A stretch of 64,000 nt of DNA from the human T2T-CHM13v2.0 reference genome, Homo sapiens (GCF_009914755.1 NC_060936.1), one strand, 5' to 3'. Positions 35,191 through 51,925 are shown, counted from the stretch's first letter. Numbers and translations: made by a program. The notes: generated by a model from the letters alone, not told the origin.

Positions 35191-35486
35191 TGGGAGAGTC
35201 AAGCTCATGGGGGTTTCCCGGAGAATCCTGTGTGATCTGAGTAGAAACCCTGCTGCTTCCACCCTTCTAGCCCTCAGCTTGTCAGGAGCTGACCCGTTCA
35301 GCTTTTCCACCCAACCAGAGCTCTGTCCTGTGTGCAGAGAGCCACAACACCCAAATCCACAGCCTGGCTGACGGGCCTGCCAGCGTTGGGAAAAGCCACT
35401 GATAGGTTCGCATGAAGTGGAACTGGACCCTGCAGAAGTTTCCAAAAGCTGCCCTGCGGGTGACAGGCTGTCCGGGCCCCACATAC

Positions 35487-35618
35487 CTCTGTCTGTCCGA
35501 GGGTGAGTAGCACAGGACAGCACTCTTCCATCTGTGCACGGCCGGGAACTGATGGGGGTCGACGTCTGCACATTCAAGAGCGGCCAAAACATCCTGATCG
35601 AGTTTTGATGGCTCCTCT
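35487..35618 (-). CDS. ANKLE2: ANKLE2 exon 12 ([43 protein letters not shown])
   Basis: TTTCTAG| acceptor, AG|GTATGT donor, 132 nt. Confidence 0.96.
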
Positions 35619-36804
35619 CTAGAAAGCACAATAAAAGAAGCAAAAACATCTTTGGTAAAAACATAAAGACTTCTAAAATACCACTACTTTTTTTTTTATT
35701 TTGAGACGGAGTCTTGCTCTGTCGCCCAGGCTGGAATGCAGTGGCGTGATCTCGGCTCACCGCAAGCTCCGCCTCCCGGGTTCAAGCAATTCTCTGCCTC
35801 AGCCTCCCGAGTAGCTGGGACTACAGGTGCCTGCCACCACGCCCGGCTAATTTTTTGTATTTTTATTAGAGATAGGATTTCACCATCTTGGTCAGGCTGG
35901 TCTTGAACTCCTGACCTTGTGATCCACCCACCTCGGCCTCCCAAAGTGCTGGAATTACAGGCGTGAGCCACCACACCCAGACAAATATCACTACATTTTA
36001 AACTCAAGAACCCAGCACACAAAACAACAGTGTGCAAGGATCGATCTGGCCTGAGCAGATGGAACCAGGGAACCAGCAGCAGCATGTCAGGGCATTAGCT
36101 CTGCAGAGGGAGGCATCTCCCAAGGCCAGGGAGGCGGATGCAGACTCGCTGTTCTGTGATGAGAAGAGCAGGGGCCAGGGAGGAGTCGCCTCTGGGTGCA
36201 CGCCTGCATTCTCTATGGTAGCAGGATCCACCCGCTGTTAAAATGCAGTTTTGCATACTTGCACCCCCAGAGGGTGCTCAGTACCAGAAGGTTAGGGACA
36301 TTTATCCCCTGTTAGATTGAGATTGACCCCAAGATGGCTTTTCTTCCTAGAAGGATTTAGAAGAGATCATTCACACCACTGGCAGGCACATCCCTAGCAA
36401 ATAACAGCCAACACTAGGATCACCCACGGTCCAACCAGAGGAAGACCCAGAAAGAGCATCTAGAAGCTGGACTCAGAGACAGGAACTGAACGCACACGGC
36501 AAGTCCACACAAAAGCTTGTGTGGAGGCCGGGTGCGGTGGCTCACGCCTGTGATCCCAACACTTTGGGAGGCCGAGGCAGGTGGATCACGAGGTCAGGAG
36601 TTCGACACCAGCCTGGCCAATATGGCGAAACCCCATCTCTACTAAAAATACAAAAATCAGCTGGACGTGGTGGCAGGCGCCTGTAATCCCAGCTACTCAG
36701 GAGGCTGAGGCAGGAGAATTGGTTGAACCTGGGAGGTGGAGGTTACAGTGAGCTGTGATCGCACCACTGCACTCCAGCCTAGGCGACAGAGCAAGACTCC
36801 ATCT

Positions 36805-37577
36805 GAAAGAAAGGAGAGGAGAGGAGAGTCGAGGGGATGGGGTGGGGGGATAGGGGAGGGGGAGGTGAGGGGGAGATGAGGGGAGGGGTAGGGGAGGGGG
36901 AGATGAGGGGAATGGGAGGGTGGGAGGGGAGGGGGAGGGGAGGGGAAGGTGAGAGGAGGGGGAGGGGAGGCAAGGGGAGGGGGAGGTGAGGGAAGGGGGA
37001 GGGGGAGGTGAGGGAAGGGGGAGATGAGGGGAGTGGATGGGTGGGAGGGGAAGGGGAGGGGGAGGTGAGGGGAGGGGGAGGAGGAGGTGAGGGGAGTGGA
37101 AGGGTGGGAGGGGAGGGGGAGGTGAGGGGAGGGGGAGGTGAGGGGAGTGGACGGGTGGGAGGGGGAGGGGGAGGGGAGGGTGGGAGGGGGAGGGGAGGGG
37201 AAGGTGAGGGGAGGAGGAGGAGAGGGGAGTGGATGGGTGGGAGGGGAGGGGGAGGGGGAGGGGAGGGGAGTCGACGAGTGGGAGGGGAGGGGAAGGTGAG
37301 GGGAGGGGGAGGGGAGGGGAGGGGGGGTGGGAGGGGAGGGGGAGGGTGGGAGGGGAGGGGGAGGGGAGGATGGGAGGGGAGGGGGAGGGGAGGATGGGAG
37401 GGGAGGGGGAGGGGAGGGGAAGGTGAGAGAAGGGGGAGGGGAAGGCGAGGGGAAGGCGAGGGGAGGGGGAGGGGAAGGCGAGGGGAGGGGGAGGGGGAGG
37501 CGAGGGGAGGGGGAGGGGAGGGGAGGGGAGGGGGAGGGGAGGGGAGGGGGAGGGGGGAGGGAAGGTGGGGAAGGAAA
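36805..37577. repeat. ~770-bp polypurine/polypyrimidine (GGGGA)n-like tract adjoining an Alu tail (Alu ~36526-36804)
   Basis: Nearly pure G/A on the + strand. Confidence 0.97.
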
Positions 37578-37604
37578 GTGAGTGCAGAGGGCAACACACT
37601 CCTA

Positions 37605-38420
<816 letters not shown>

Positions 38421-39497
38421 TCACGCCTGCAATCCCAGCACTCTGGGAGGCCATGGCAGGGGGGTCGCTGGACCCCAGGAGTTCAAGACTGCCTGGGCAA
38501 CATAGCGAAACCCCGTTCTCTATAGAAAAATTAGCTGACATGGTGGCACGCACCTGTAGTCTCAGCTATTTGGGAGGCTCAAGTGGGAGGATCGCTTGAG
38601 CCCAGGAGGGGGAGGCTGCAGTGGGCTGTGACTGCACCATTGCTTTCCATCCTGTGCCACAGAGTGAGACCCTATTTCAGAGGAGGAGGGAAATAAAGCT
38701 GCCAGGCTGACTTTTCTTTCAAAGGCAGGGACATGAAAACGCCAAGGGCAGCCCAGGTGATGGGCGAGATGACTGCCCTGCACCCCCAGCCACCCTCCAG
38801 CTCCGATCTGCTGCGACCCCAGGGGCTCCGAGTGTCACAGTGCCCCAGAGGATCCCGAAGATCGTCCAGAACAACTCCATGAAGTAACCCTGCTGCGCTT
38901 TAGGTGTGAAGATAACACAGAAGAGCTCCCGGGCGCAGCACTGTGCGACAGGCAACAGAAATGTCCCGTTTGGTGTTCACGATGGTGGCCGCGGCCACAG
39001 GAGGATCCAGAACACTTGAGCTGTAGCTCCTGCTACTTAGGAAATGCCTCAACTTTATTTAATATTTACTAATTAAAATGTACATAGTCACAAGACAACA
39101 CTGTAAATGAGGCCGCTTTACAGAAGTGAGTTCTGTGCCACCATCAGCTACAACACAGCAAGGTCAGACTTCAATGATTCCTGTATAACGACGGCACTGA
39201 CGTCGCTCTAGTTCTGTGGTTCAGAGTCACAGGTCGTGACTGTTGAAGATTCACTGCTTCTTAGTTTAATGTATGTCAATCATTTTCATTTTCTTTCTAT
39301 CATTCCAGGGAGTTTGTTTTATAAATGAAGTGTCTTGCGGGCTAATGGTTCTATTATGACCTTACACACACAAACTCACACAGACACACACTCACACACA
39401 CACACACACAGTTTAAACTGTATATCTGCTTTAATTTGTATTTTAGCAGATTCGAATCTCTAGTTATTAGCAAATTTCTGTTTTTTTAAAAAAATAA

Positions 39498-39596
<99 letters not shown>

Positions 39597-39754
39597 TGAG
39601 CCGCCACGCCCGGCCGCTGGGATTGCAGGCCTGAGCTCCCGTGCCCGGCCATCGTTGATGTTTTTATGAATCACTTTTAGATTTTGTAGATTAACCTCTT
39701 CCATCATGCTCTTTCCATTCAGTGCATCTGTGCTTCGGAAGCACTTTGCATCGT

Positions 39755-41715
39755 GGTGTCTGATATGCACCGTGTGAAGTGCTTTGCGTGTGCGTCCTGG
39801 TGTCTGATATACACCGTGTGAAGCGCTCTGCGTCCTGGTGTCTCATATGCACCGTGTGAAGCGCTCTGCGTCCTGGTGTCTGATATGCACCGTGTGAAGC
39901 TCTCTGCATGCTGGTGTCTGATGTGCACCGTGTGAAGGGCTTTGCGTTTGCGTCCTGGTGTCTGATATACACCATGTGAAGCGCTCTGCGTCCTGGTGTC
40001 TGATATACACCGTGTGAAGCGCTCTGCATCCTGGTGTCTGATACGCACCGTGTGAAGCGCTCTGCGTCCTGGTGTCTGATACGCACCGTGTGAAGCGCTC
40101 TGCGTCCTGGTGTCTGATACGCACCGTGTGAAGCGCTCTGCATCCTGGTGTCTGATACGCACCGTGTGAAGCTCTCTGCGTCCTGGTGTCTGATACGCAC
40201 CGTGTGAAGCACTCTGCGTGCTGGTGTCTGATACGCACCGTGTGAAGCTCTCTGCATCCTGGTGTCTGATACGCACTGTGAAGCGCTCTGCGTGCTGGTG
40301 TCTGATACGCACCGTGTGAAGCTCTCTGCGTCCTGGTGTCTGATATGCACCGTGTGAAGCTCTCTGCGTGCTGGTGTCTGACATGCACCGTGTGAAGCTC
40401 TCTGAGTGCTGGTGTCTGATACGCACCGTGTGAAGCTCTCTGCATGCTGGTGTCTGATATGCACCGTGTGAAGCACTGCGCGTCCTGGCGTCTGATACGC
40501 ACCGTGTGAAGCTCTCTGCGTCCTGGTGTCTGATACGCACCGTGAAGCGCTCTGCGTGCTGGTGTCTGATACGCACCGTGTGAAGCTCTCTGCGTCCTGG
40601 TGTCTGATATGCACCGTGTGAAGCTCTCTGCGTGCTGGTGTCTGACATGCACTGTGTGAAGCTCTCTGCGTCCTGGTGTCTGATATGCACCATGTGAAGC
40701 ACTGCGCGTCCTGGTGTCTGATATGCACCGTGTGAAGCTCTCTGCGTCCTGGTGTCTGACGTGCACCATGTGAAGCTCTCTGCGTGCTGGTGTCTGATAT
40801 GCACCGTGTGAAGCGCTCTGCATCCTGGTGTCTGAAATGCACCGTGTGAAGCGCTCTGCATCCTGGTGTCTGATATGCACCGTGTGAAGCTCTCTGCGTC
40901 CTGGTGTCTGAAATACACTGTGTGAAGCGCTCTGCGTCCTGGTGTCTGATATGCACTGTGTGAAGCGCTCTGCGTCCTGGTGTCTGATATGCACCGTGAA
41001 GCGCTCTGCATGCTGGTGTCTGATACGCACCGTGTGAAGCTCTCTGCGTCCTGGTGTCTGATATGCACCGTGTGAAGCACTGCGCGTCCTGGTGTCTGAT
41101 ATGCACCGTGTGAAGCTCTCTGCGTGCTGGTGTCTGATATGCACCGTGTGAAGCTCTCTGCGTCCTGGTGTCTGATATGCACCGTGTGAAGCACTGCGCG
41201 TCCTGGTGTCTGATATGCACCGTGTGAAGCTCTCTGCGTCCTGGTGTCTGACGTGCACCGTGTGAAGCTCTCTGCGTCCTGGTGTCTGATATGCACCGTG
41301 TGAAGCGCTCTGCGTCCTGGTGTCTGACAGGCACCGTGTGAAGCTCTCTGCGTCCTGGTGTCTGATATGCACCGTGTGAAGCTCTCTGCGTGCTGGTGTC
41401 TGATATACCCCGTGTGAAGCACTGCGCGTCCTGGTGTCTGATATGCACCGTGTGAAGCTCTCTGCGTGCTGGTGCCTGATATGCACCGTGTGAAGCGCTC
41501 TGCATCCTGGTGTCTGAAATGCACCATGTGAAGCGCTCTGCATCCTGGTGTCTGAAATGCACCGTGTGAAGCTCTCTGCGTCCTGGTGTCTGAAATACAC
41601 TGTGTGAAGCGCTCTGCGTCCTGGTGTCTGATATGCACTGTGTGAAGCGCTCTGCGTCCTGGTGTCTGATACGCACCGTGCAAGGCGCTTCGTGCCCTGG
41701 TGTCTGATATACACC
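39755..41715. repeat. 38-bp VNTR, ~50 copies (GCACCGTGTGAAGCTCTCTGCGTCCTGGTGTCTGATAT), ANKLE2 intron 10
   Basis: Tandem units read directly; 38-aa periodicity (3 x 38 nt) in the three minus-strand ORFs. Confidence 0.98.
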
Positions 41716-41993
41716 AGTATTCTGATGTGCACTCGTCTTTTTCCTGAAAATATACCAAATCTAAAATATCAGGCTCAGCCAATGGAGTTCAGCTATTATG
41801 AGTTTTGAGAAAACGGCACAGAATGAAACTATATTAGATTTTGGATAATGCAAACACAAGCAGAAACAGCAATACTGCTCAAAGCGATGCCATTATTTTT
41901 CATGTACCCTCCCCGACACACAACCCATTTAACATTAACCTTCCCAGCACTCTAGTGGATCACGAGGTCAGGAGTTCGAGACCAGCCTGGTCA

Positions 41994-42227
<234 letters not shown>

Positions 42228-42230
42228 TTA

Positions 42231-42539
<309 letters not shown>

Positions 42540-43345
42540 TTAACCAGCTGTGAAACCAGAAAAAATACTCAGAACTACACAGAAAAAAGCCACTAAAGCT
42601 TCAAGTACCAAAGCAATGTCTGCAATCATGGTTATAATTTTCCTTTATCCTTAACTGGCAGCTGAAATCATACGGTGCATTTTCTGAAACAGCACGCCTC
42701 CTCACAGGTAAGCAGGACCCGGCACAGCTCTCAGGAGCCGTGAACCGGCTGCAGGCAGGAAGGAGGCCTCAGCCCGACAGACCCTCACGCCAGCAACCCA
42801 GGTCACACAGTTCAACTCCCACAGACGGACGTGTTCATGATCACGGAACAGCCCTGTGAACTTGCCCGTGGTTCTAGTCATGGCCAGGCACACGAAAGCC
42901 TGGAGGTCCTTTCTGGGTTCCAGTTGTACACCTGACACTGGGCACATATTTTGAGAAAATATTCTAAACAATTCCACGAAGCTTTATTTGATTACAGCAT
43001 AATTTAGCTTTGTGGCTATGGCCTATTTTTTCCCAAGGAATCCATAGCATTATATGGTACCTTCTATAAAATATTAAGGTTCCTTAGAAACATGTCCCAG
43101 AACCAACAAGGAATTCCAATTAGAAAAGGAAAGGAAGGCACTGCAGACATCCCCCAGGTCTGGGACGGGACTGGCTTAAGCTAGAATTCCACAACATCCA
43201 CAAGGAATTAGACCTTCACGAAAAGGACCAAGTCTCCCAGAAAAGGCTTCTGGAAATTGGTACTTTGAAGCTGTGATTTGACCTTCTGTCATTAATCAAA
43301 ACGCAACCAACTGTGTGCCCCACGCTGCTGCGGCTCAGCCTTTCA

Positions 43346-43456
<111 letters not shown>

Positions 43457-43865
43457 CTATGAAGAAAAAAAAATGTATTGAGCCGTGTCAGGCACTGCGC
43501 CCCTCAGCTGCGGAAACCTGAAGAGCCGTCGTCATCGCAGTAGCTGCCCGTCTCCGCACACCCTTCCTTCTCTCCCCTTCACTAGCAGATCCCTGGGCCA
43601 CGTGCCCACCTGTGGCATGGCTGAGTGGCCGCACGGCTGCACTCTGACCTGGGGGAGGGGAGGCGGTCTCCTTTCTTGCAGCCCCGTCTGGGCTGTGAGG
43701 TTCAGAACCAGGAGGGCCCGAGCACGAGGCCTCACCCTGAGGACAGTGGACGGCTCGGAGCTGCCACCCCGACGCACATGTGACACTGCTCCCATCGCAG
43801 GAGAAGAAACCAGATCTTTCTCAGTCACTCTCCCTAGAGCTTTATGCTTTATGCATCTCACCTAA

Positions 43866-44130
<265 letters not shown>

Positions 44131-44690
44131 TGATCCACCCGCCTCGGCCTCCCAAAGTGCTGGGATTTCAGGCATGCGTCCCGGCGCCCGGCCTGGAGCC
44201 GTTTTCATCGTAACTGATTTAGAAAGTTTCTAGCACAGGATGGTGCGTGCAGGTCAGTGTGTGAAGTATTCCAACAGGAGAAAGAATTGTCAACTGTAAA
44301 TAAAAAAGTGTACAACCTTTGACCCAGCAACACCACCATTAAGGATTTCTCTGAACACTGGGGATGAGTAGAACCTGGGGCTGAGGCTTCCAGGAGAGGG
44401 ACTTGTCTGAGAGGAAGCCAGCGGGGGCTGCAGCCACAGGGAAACGTGGTCAGGAGGTGGACGTGCAGATGGAGCTTTCCTAGTCACAACGGGCAGCCTC
44501 GCTACACCAGCAAGGTGCCCTAGGACGGGCCATCAACACAGCAAGAACAGGGCGACACGCGCACAGGACGGGGCTGGCCCAGGGAATGTCTGCTTCGTTG
44601 AGACAGTGGCTCCCAGCACATCGGCCCTGGTAAGCAAGCCACAGAGCCAAGAACACACATTTCTCTGACAAACGTTCTCATCACCAATCA

Positions 44691-45059
<369 letters not shown>

Positions 45060-45553
45060 TCAGGCCTGGGTGAGCAGGACGGGGATCACGCGAGCCCTTG
45101 CCAAGGCCTCTGCAAATGGATCCAACAGACGGGGCAGAGGGTGGTTTGCGCCAGAGCTCACTGCACTTAATGCAAATGGATACAATGGAAACAAAGTCAC
45201 ACAAGGTCTCAGAGCTCACTTCACTTAACCAGCCTCATTTTCCTCCACTGCTACAAGAAAAGAAAGAAAAGAAAAGGAAGCCCCAGGTAGTTAAAGGACT
45301 AAGGGGTCGGACCTGAGTGAATAAGAGTAGCACACAGTAGGAGCTTAATACATTTTAAAAATGTTATATTTCATTCCAGCCGGGTGCGGTGGCTCACGCC
45401 TGTAATCCTACCACTTTGGAAGGCTGAGGTGTGTGGATCACCTGAGGTCAGAAGTTCAAGACCAGCCTGGCCAACATGATGAAACCCCATCTCTACTAAA
45501 AATACAAAAATTAGCCGGGTGTGGTGGTGGGTGCCTGTAACCCCAGCTACTCA

Positions 45554-45880
<327 letters not shown>

Positions 45881-45969
45881 TAGAGATGGGGTCTTGCTCT
45901 GTTGCCCAGGCTGGTCTCGAACTGCTGGATGCAAGTGATCATTCCACCTCCACCTCCAAAAGTTCTGGG

Positions 45970-46170
45970 ATTACAGGTGTGGGCCGCTGTGCCCAGCCTC
46001 CTCGCTTCTCAGTCCTGCTTCTCTTGTAGTTTATCACAGGTGTGGGCTGCTGTGCCCGGCCTCCTCGCTTCTCAATCCTGCTTCTCAATCCTGCTTCTCT
46101 TGTAGTTTATCACAGGTGTGGGCCGCTGTGCCCGGCCTCCTCGCTTCTCAGTCCTGCTTCTCTTGTACTT
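45970..46170. repeat. ~62-bp tandem triplication made of an Alu terminus plus its unique flank
   Basis: ACAGGTGTGGGC(C/T)GCTGTGCCC(A/G)GCCTCCTCGCTTCTCA(G/A)TCCTGCTTCTCTTGTA occurs three times. Confidence 0.88.
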
Positions 46171-46303
46171 TACAATTTGCATCACTGAATACGCATCTCT
46201 CAACAGATCTGGAATCACACGGCACTTGGATGTGAGTATGGAAAAAGCACAAGGAAGAGTAGTGTCTTCAGGTCCCACGGGACAGTGCAGTCAAGCCATA
46301 TAG

Positions 46304-46676
<373 letters not shown>

Positions 46677-46824
46677 TAGCCAGGATGGTCTCGATCTCCT
46701 GACCTTGTGATCCGCCTGCCTCGGCCTCCCACAGTGCTGGGATTACAGGCATGAGCCACCGCACCCGGCTGCTTATCATAGTTTTTATGCTTTTAATTTT
46801 TTTCTAATTGTAAAAGTGCTGTAT

Positions 46825-47218
46825 GCCCATCAACGGTCAACTGGATAAAGAAAATGTGGTACATATATACCACAGGATATTAAGAACAAGATCATGTCCT
46901 CTGAAGTAACATGGCTGGAGCTGGAGGCCATGACCCTAAGGGAACTGACACAGGCAAGAAAACCAAACATGGCTCTCACTTATGAGTGGGAGCCAAACGC
47001 TGAGCACACATGGACACAAAGAAGGAACAAGAAGTCAGCAGGGCCTGGTTGAGGGTGGAGGGAGTGAGGAGGAGGGAGAGGATGGAAAAACTACCTCCTG
47101 GGTACTATACTGATCACCAGGTGAAATAATCCGTACCCCAAACCCCGGTGACATGCAGGTTACCTATATAACAAACCTGCACACTTACCCCTGAACCTAA
47201 AATGAAAGTTAAGAAAAA
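46825..47218 (+). mobile_element. L1 (L1MA-like) 3' UTR fragment
   Basis: TGGATAAAGAAAATGTGGTACATATATAC...AACAAACCTGCACAC.TACCCCTGAACCTAAAA. Confidence 0.88.
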
Positions 47219-48771
47219 GTACGACAATTTCCATTCAAGAGTACTGAAGGTACTGAAGAATTTCCATTCAAGAGTACTAATTTTCCATACTGAAAATTAG
47301 GGCAATTCAAATACTCTGTCTTACATATTACTATCTTATATTTGGATGCATCCTATGTATGTTGGCATTTTACAGGTTAATTGGCAGTTTTTTCCCTCTT
47401 TCAGTGGCACAGGAAAAGAAGACATACAGTATGTACAGTATAGGGTGCATGGTAGGTATACGGTACAATTTACCTACACTTTACTCATAAAATACTAATG
47501 TTTACTTTTTTGGCATATTGATTTGAGTCCCTTTTAACAATTTCTGTCTACAGATGGGACTCACGGTCTCTGGACAGTTTTGTGCCTGGCTTTCTGATCC
47601 TATTTGTCTCTCATAACACTTTAGAGTCCTTCCTCATCTTCACACAAGCGTGGGTCTCTCTCTGAGTGACGGGAAGGGTGGGATGCAGGATGCAGCCAGC
47701 CCTGTAGCAGGCTCTGTGGCATGTGAAGCTACAACGTGACCGAGGCCCCAGCGTGACCACAGATGCTGACCATGCCTGGGCTTCGCATGAGCCTCAGAAG
47801 GACCAGGAAGGAGGTGTAGGAGCTCTGGAGGTGCCGTGTAGCTCAGCCCACAGGAACATGGATCTCACAGAGCTGGCTTCTCCTCAGCAAACAGCTGCTG
47901 GGGCAGATCTTAGAGGCGACAGTATTTTACTGTCACACATAGGCAAGGATCTCTCAGACAGAATTGCTTCCTAAATACCATCACAAAGCAATGCTTAATG
48001 TCAGCGTTGCAAAGCATTTCTGACAGTGTGGTTTGAAAATCCGGAGCAGACTCTCGGCTCTTCAGGGATGTTCTGGCAACATAGCTGTGTGTTCCCAGGG
48101 CCTCTGAAGGTTCCGGCTGGGCCTCTGCAGCGACGCCTCAACGGCCCTGAGGAGGAACTCTCGCCGCTAACAGCATGCAGGATTCATTTCCTGTGCACAG
48201 CTACACACACTGAAGAAGTGTAATTAATAAATTATACCTAGGACGGGAACAGATCAGGGGACAAGCAGAGGCTCTTCACACCTTAGATCACGCGTGGTAA
48301 ACTTCTATAAAATGTCAGACAGTAAATAATTAGGCTCAGTAGGCCACAAGTCACTGTGTGCTGGGAAAGAACCCGGACAGTGTGCAAATGGTGGTGACAG
48401 CTTTATGCTGATAAAATTTTATTTTTAAAAGCAGTCATTTGCGGACCCTGCTTTAAATAGAGACAGAGTTTTGGATAGGAATGGAATCCGAGAGAGAGGA
48501 AAGCAGGCAGGTGGGTGAAAGGACCTCAGCGTCTGCTTCAATCTCACCAGCAAGCAGAAGCTCCAGACTTCGAGCTAAGATGGCAAAGAAGAGGCGCTTC
48601 TAGAAGTGTCATCTTCCAAAATTCACTGAAAACAGAGGAAGATGGCAGGGAAAAGCCATCCCTGAAACCAGCCGTTTTCACATGCCTGGCACCTACAAAC
48701 CGCAAGGCACAGGGGCCAACAACTAGAAGCTGCTGACTAGAAGAGGGCGGCCCAGAAAGCAAAGGCCTCTC

Positions 48772-48857
48772 TCCCAGAGGCGAGTGGGGAGGGAACGTCC
48801 CGGAGGCGAGTGGGGAGGGAACGTCCCGGAGGCGAGTGGGGAGGGAGTGTCCCGGAG
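48772..48857. repeat. 26-bp tandem repeat CCCGGAGGCGAGTGGGGAGGGAACGT, ~3 copies
   Basis: Read directly. Confidence 0.88.
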
Positions 48858-49191
48858 CCAAGACAGGAGCCTGGGCGTGCACCAGGAGTACAGGAGGAGG
48901 AAGGAGGCAGCTTCAGAATCGAAGGAGTGACAGGGAGCGACCCCCACCCCAACACAGGCAAAGAGACACACAAAAGCCAGGCCAGCCACCCAGCCAAGGA
49001 GCTCTGGACCCTGCCTCTCCCTGAGCTGTTCTTTGCCAACTGCAGGCTCCACCTGAAGAGAAGCCATCACAATGAAGCTACTGCGAGAGAGACCGATGGA
49101 TCCAGGGATGAGGCCACCAGCAACAGGCAGCGACACACAACCTCAAAAAAGTTCTCTCACAGAAAGCTCAAGGAACAGATACAAGACTTCA

Positions 49192-49458
<267 letters not shown>

Positions 49459-50155
49459 CTATTGGAAAAAAAAGTGTGTCTAAATCTTATTTGATCGCAA
49501 CATTTCCTTATCATTACAATGATTTCAGAAAAATAGTTTTAAACTCAGTAAAGTAGAATAGTATCTTAATGCTAAAGATTTAATAAAGCTCACACTCAGA
49601 AAACGTGTGAAGAGTGTGGTCTTTCTAAAAGTCTAAGGAGACAGCTAGGAGAACACACTCTGGGATTATGGGTAAATTTACTTCTTGTTTGCGCTACTCG
49701 ACATTTTCTAACTGTCTGCAAGGAGAGGAAAAGGTACCAGCGCATCGAGTAAAAGCAGAAGCACGTGAACATGTTTCTAACCTTCTTGGTTGGTTGAGTT
49801 CCACTTACAGGAAGCCTGGTCATACACAAACTTTTTGTTGTGAGGCTGGGTCAAGGTGGAGCTCCTAAGTAACACGGAACATCAAAGTTCTATTTTTGCC
49901 ACTAAAGAAATCAACTTTCTCAGCCCTTGAAGAATTGCAGCAATACGAACTTTTGCTAGAAACTATAGAAAAACCAACAACCTTCAAATAAAAGGAAAGA
50001 AAGGAACCAGCCTATGAGAGAAACTAATTAAAACTATGAATGCAACGACATTTTTGAGTCTGTACCTGATTGTGAGCTTTAAAAAGTCAAATGCTTTTTA
50101 AAATGCCAGGAGTTTTAAGTTGGTTACCAAATGCCATTCTTATGTTGAAGTACAG

Positions 50156-50157
<2 letters not shown>

Positions 50158-50192
<35 letters not shown>
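50158..50192. repeat. (CA)n microsatellite
   Basis: Read directly. Confidence 0.95.
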
Positions 50193-50197
<5 letters not shown>

Positions 50198-50654
50198 AAT
50201 CACATGTATGCAAAATAATAGCAATTTCTCAGTTGTAGAATTTTCTGGTGAATTTTATTCTTTTTGATCAAGCAGTATTTTAAGTTTTCTATGGCAAGTG
50301 GATGTATAGCTTATGTAATAACAGCAATTACAGAAGGGGTGTGGGAGAGGCCACTGCCACCAGAAGATCCTTACAGCTTTTATTTCTAAAGGGCTGCTAG
50401 ACAAGGGACAGCTCACAGCTGTAATACACAGAAAAATCAAACTCATCTTTCAGTTCTCAGAAGGTCCAGATACTTCTTGCACTTTGTGGGCACAGAATAT
50501 ACTTCTGCCCTCTGCAAGGTGCACTTTGCTCAACTGCTCAGGATCATGACGAGGCCTGACTGAAGGCTTGTCTGGGTCCGATGAGTATGTATGTGTGACA
50601 AGCTTAGCACAGCACCTGGTGCACACTGAGCTGAATACAATTTAGCTGCTTTCA

Positions 50655-51451
50655 GCATCATCATCCTTACCACCATCGTCACCATCATCACCACCACTGC
50701 CAACACCACCATGATCATTGCTATCTCCATCCTCACCACCATCATCCTCACCACATCTTCACCATCATCATCCTCATCAGCATCACAACCATCATCACTA
50801 CCATCACCCTCACCATCACCACCACAACCATCATCCTCCCTACCACCACCATTATCTCACTCACCATCACAATCCTCACCACTACCACCACCACCATCTT
50901 CATCCTCACCACCATCATGACCACATCATCACCATCTTCATCACCATCCTCACCACCATCATCCTCAACACAACCATCATCACTACCATCATCCTCACTA
51001 CCACCACCACCGTCACCATCAACCACCATCACCATCACCATAATCACAATCACCAACATCATCACCACCATCATTCTCACTACCACCATCACCATCAAGT
51101 CATCACCACCATCATCATCCTCATTGTCACCATTACCACAATCCTCACCACTACCTCCATCACCACCTTCATCACCATCTTCATCACCACCATAATCATC
51201 TTTCTCACTACCACCGTCATCACCATCACCATCACCACCATCATTCTCACTACCACCATCACCATCATAATCATCACTATCACCATCACAACCATTATCC
51301 TCACCACCACCATCATTCTCACTACCATCACCACCACCATCACCACCATCATTCTACCACCGTCATCACCATTATAATCACCATCACCACCATCATCCTC
51401 ACTACCACCATCATCACCATCACCATCATCATCACCACCACCATCACCACC
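50655..51451. repeat. ~800-bp degenerate (CAC/CAT)n trinucleotide tract, ANKLE2 intron 6
   Basis: Read directly; produces the poly-His/Thr/Ile pseudo-ORFs. Confidence 0.97.
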
Positions 51452-51745
51452 TCTGTTCTCTCTGACTCTGGTCAACTGATGTGTTCAGAGAGGGAACTTG
51501 ATAAAAGACTGTGAGCTGTTCAAAGCAACTGACTGCCAGTTTTAGGAAAATAAAATCAGCAAACTGCGTCAGTTCCTTCCCTCCTGGTTCTACAGATGCA
51601 TCTTCTTCACAAAGTGCATCTTACTCAACAGCCAAGGTTCTAACATGTGCCCATAAAGCAAACACAACTCATACAGAGCTCCTTGTGGCTTCCCTGTGCC
51701 TGTGATCACAGACTGTAAATTTATATATTTCCATTTCTAACTCTA

Positions 51746-51925
<180 letters not shown>

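Noticed and set aside
50718-51475. Poly-His / Thr-Ile ORFs
   Set aside because: Translations of the (CAC/CAT)n tract
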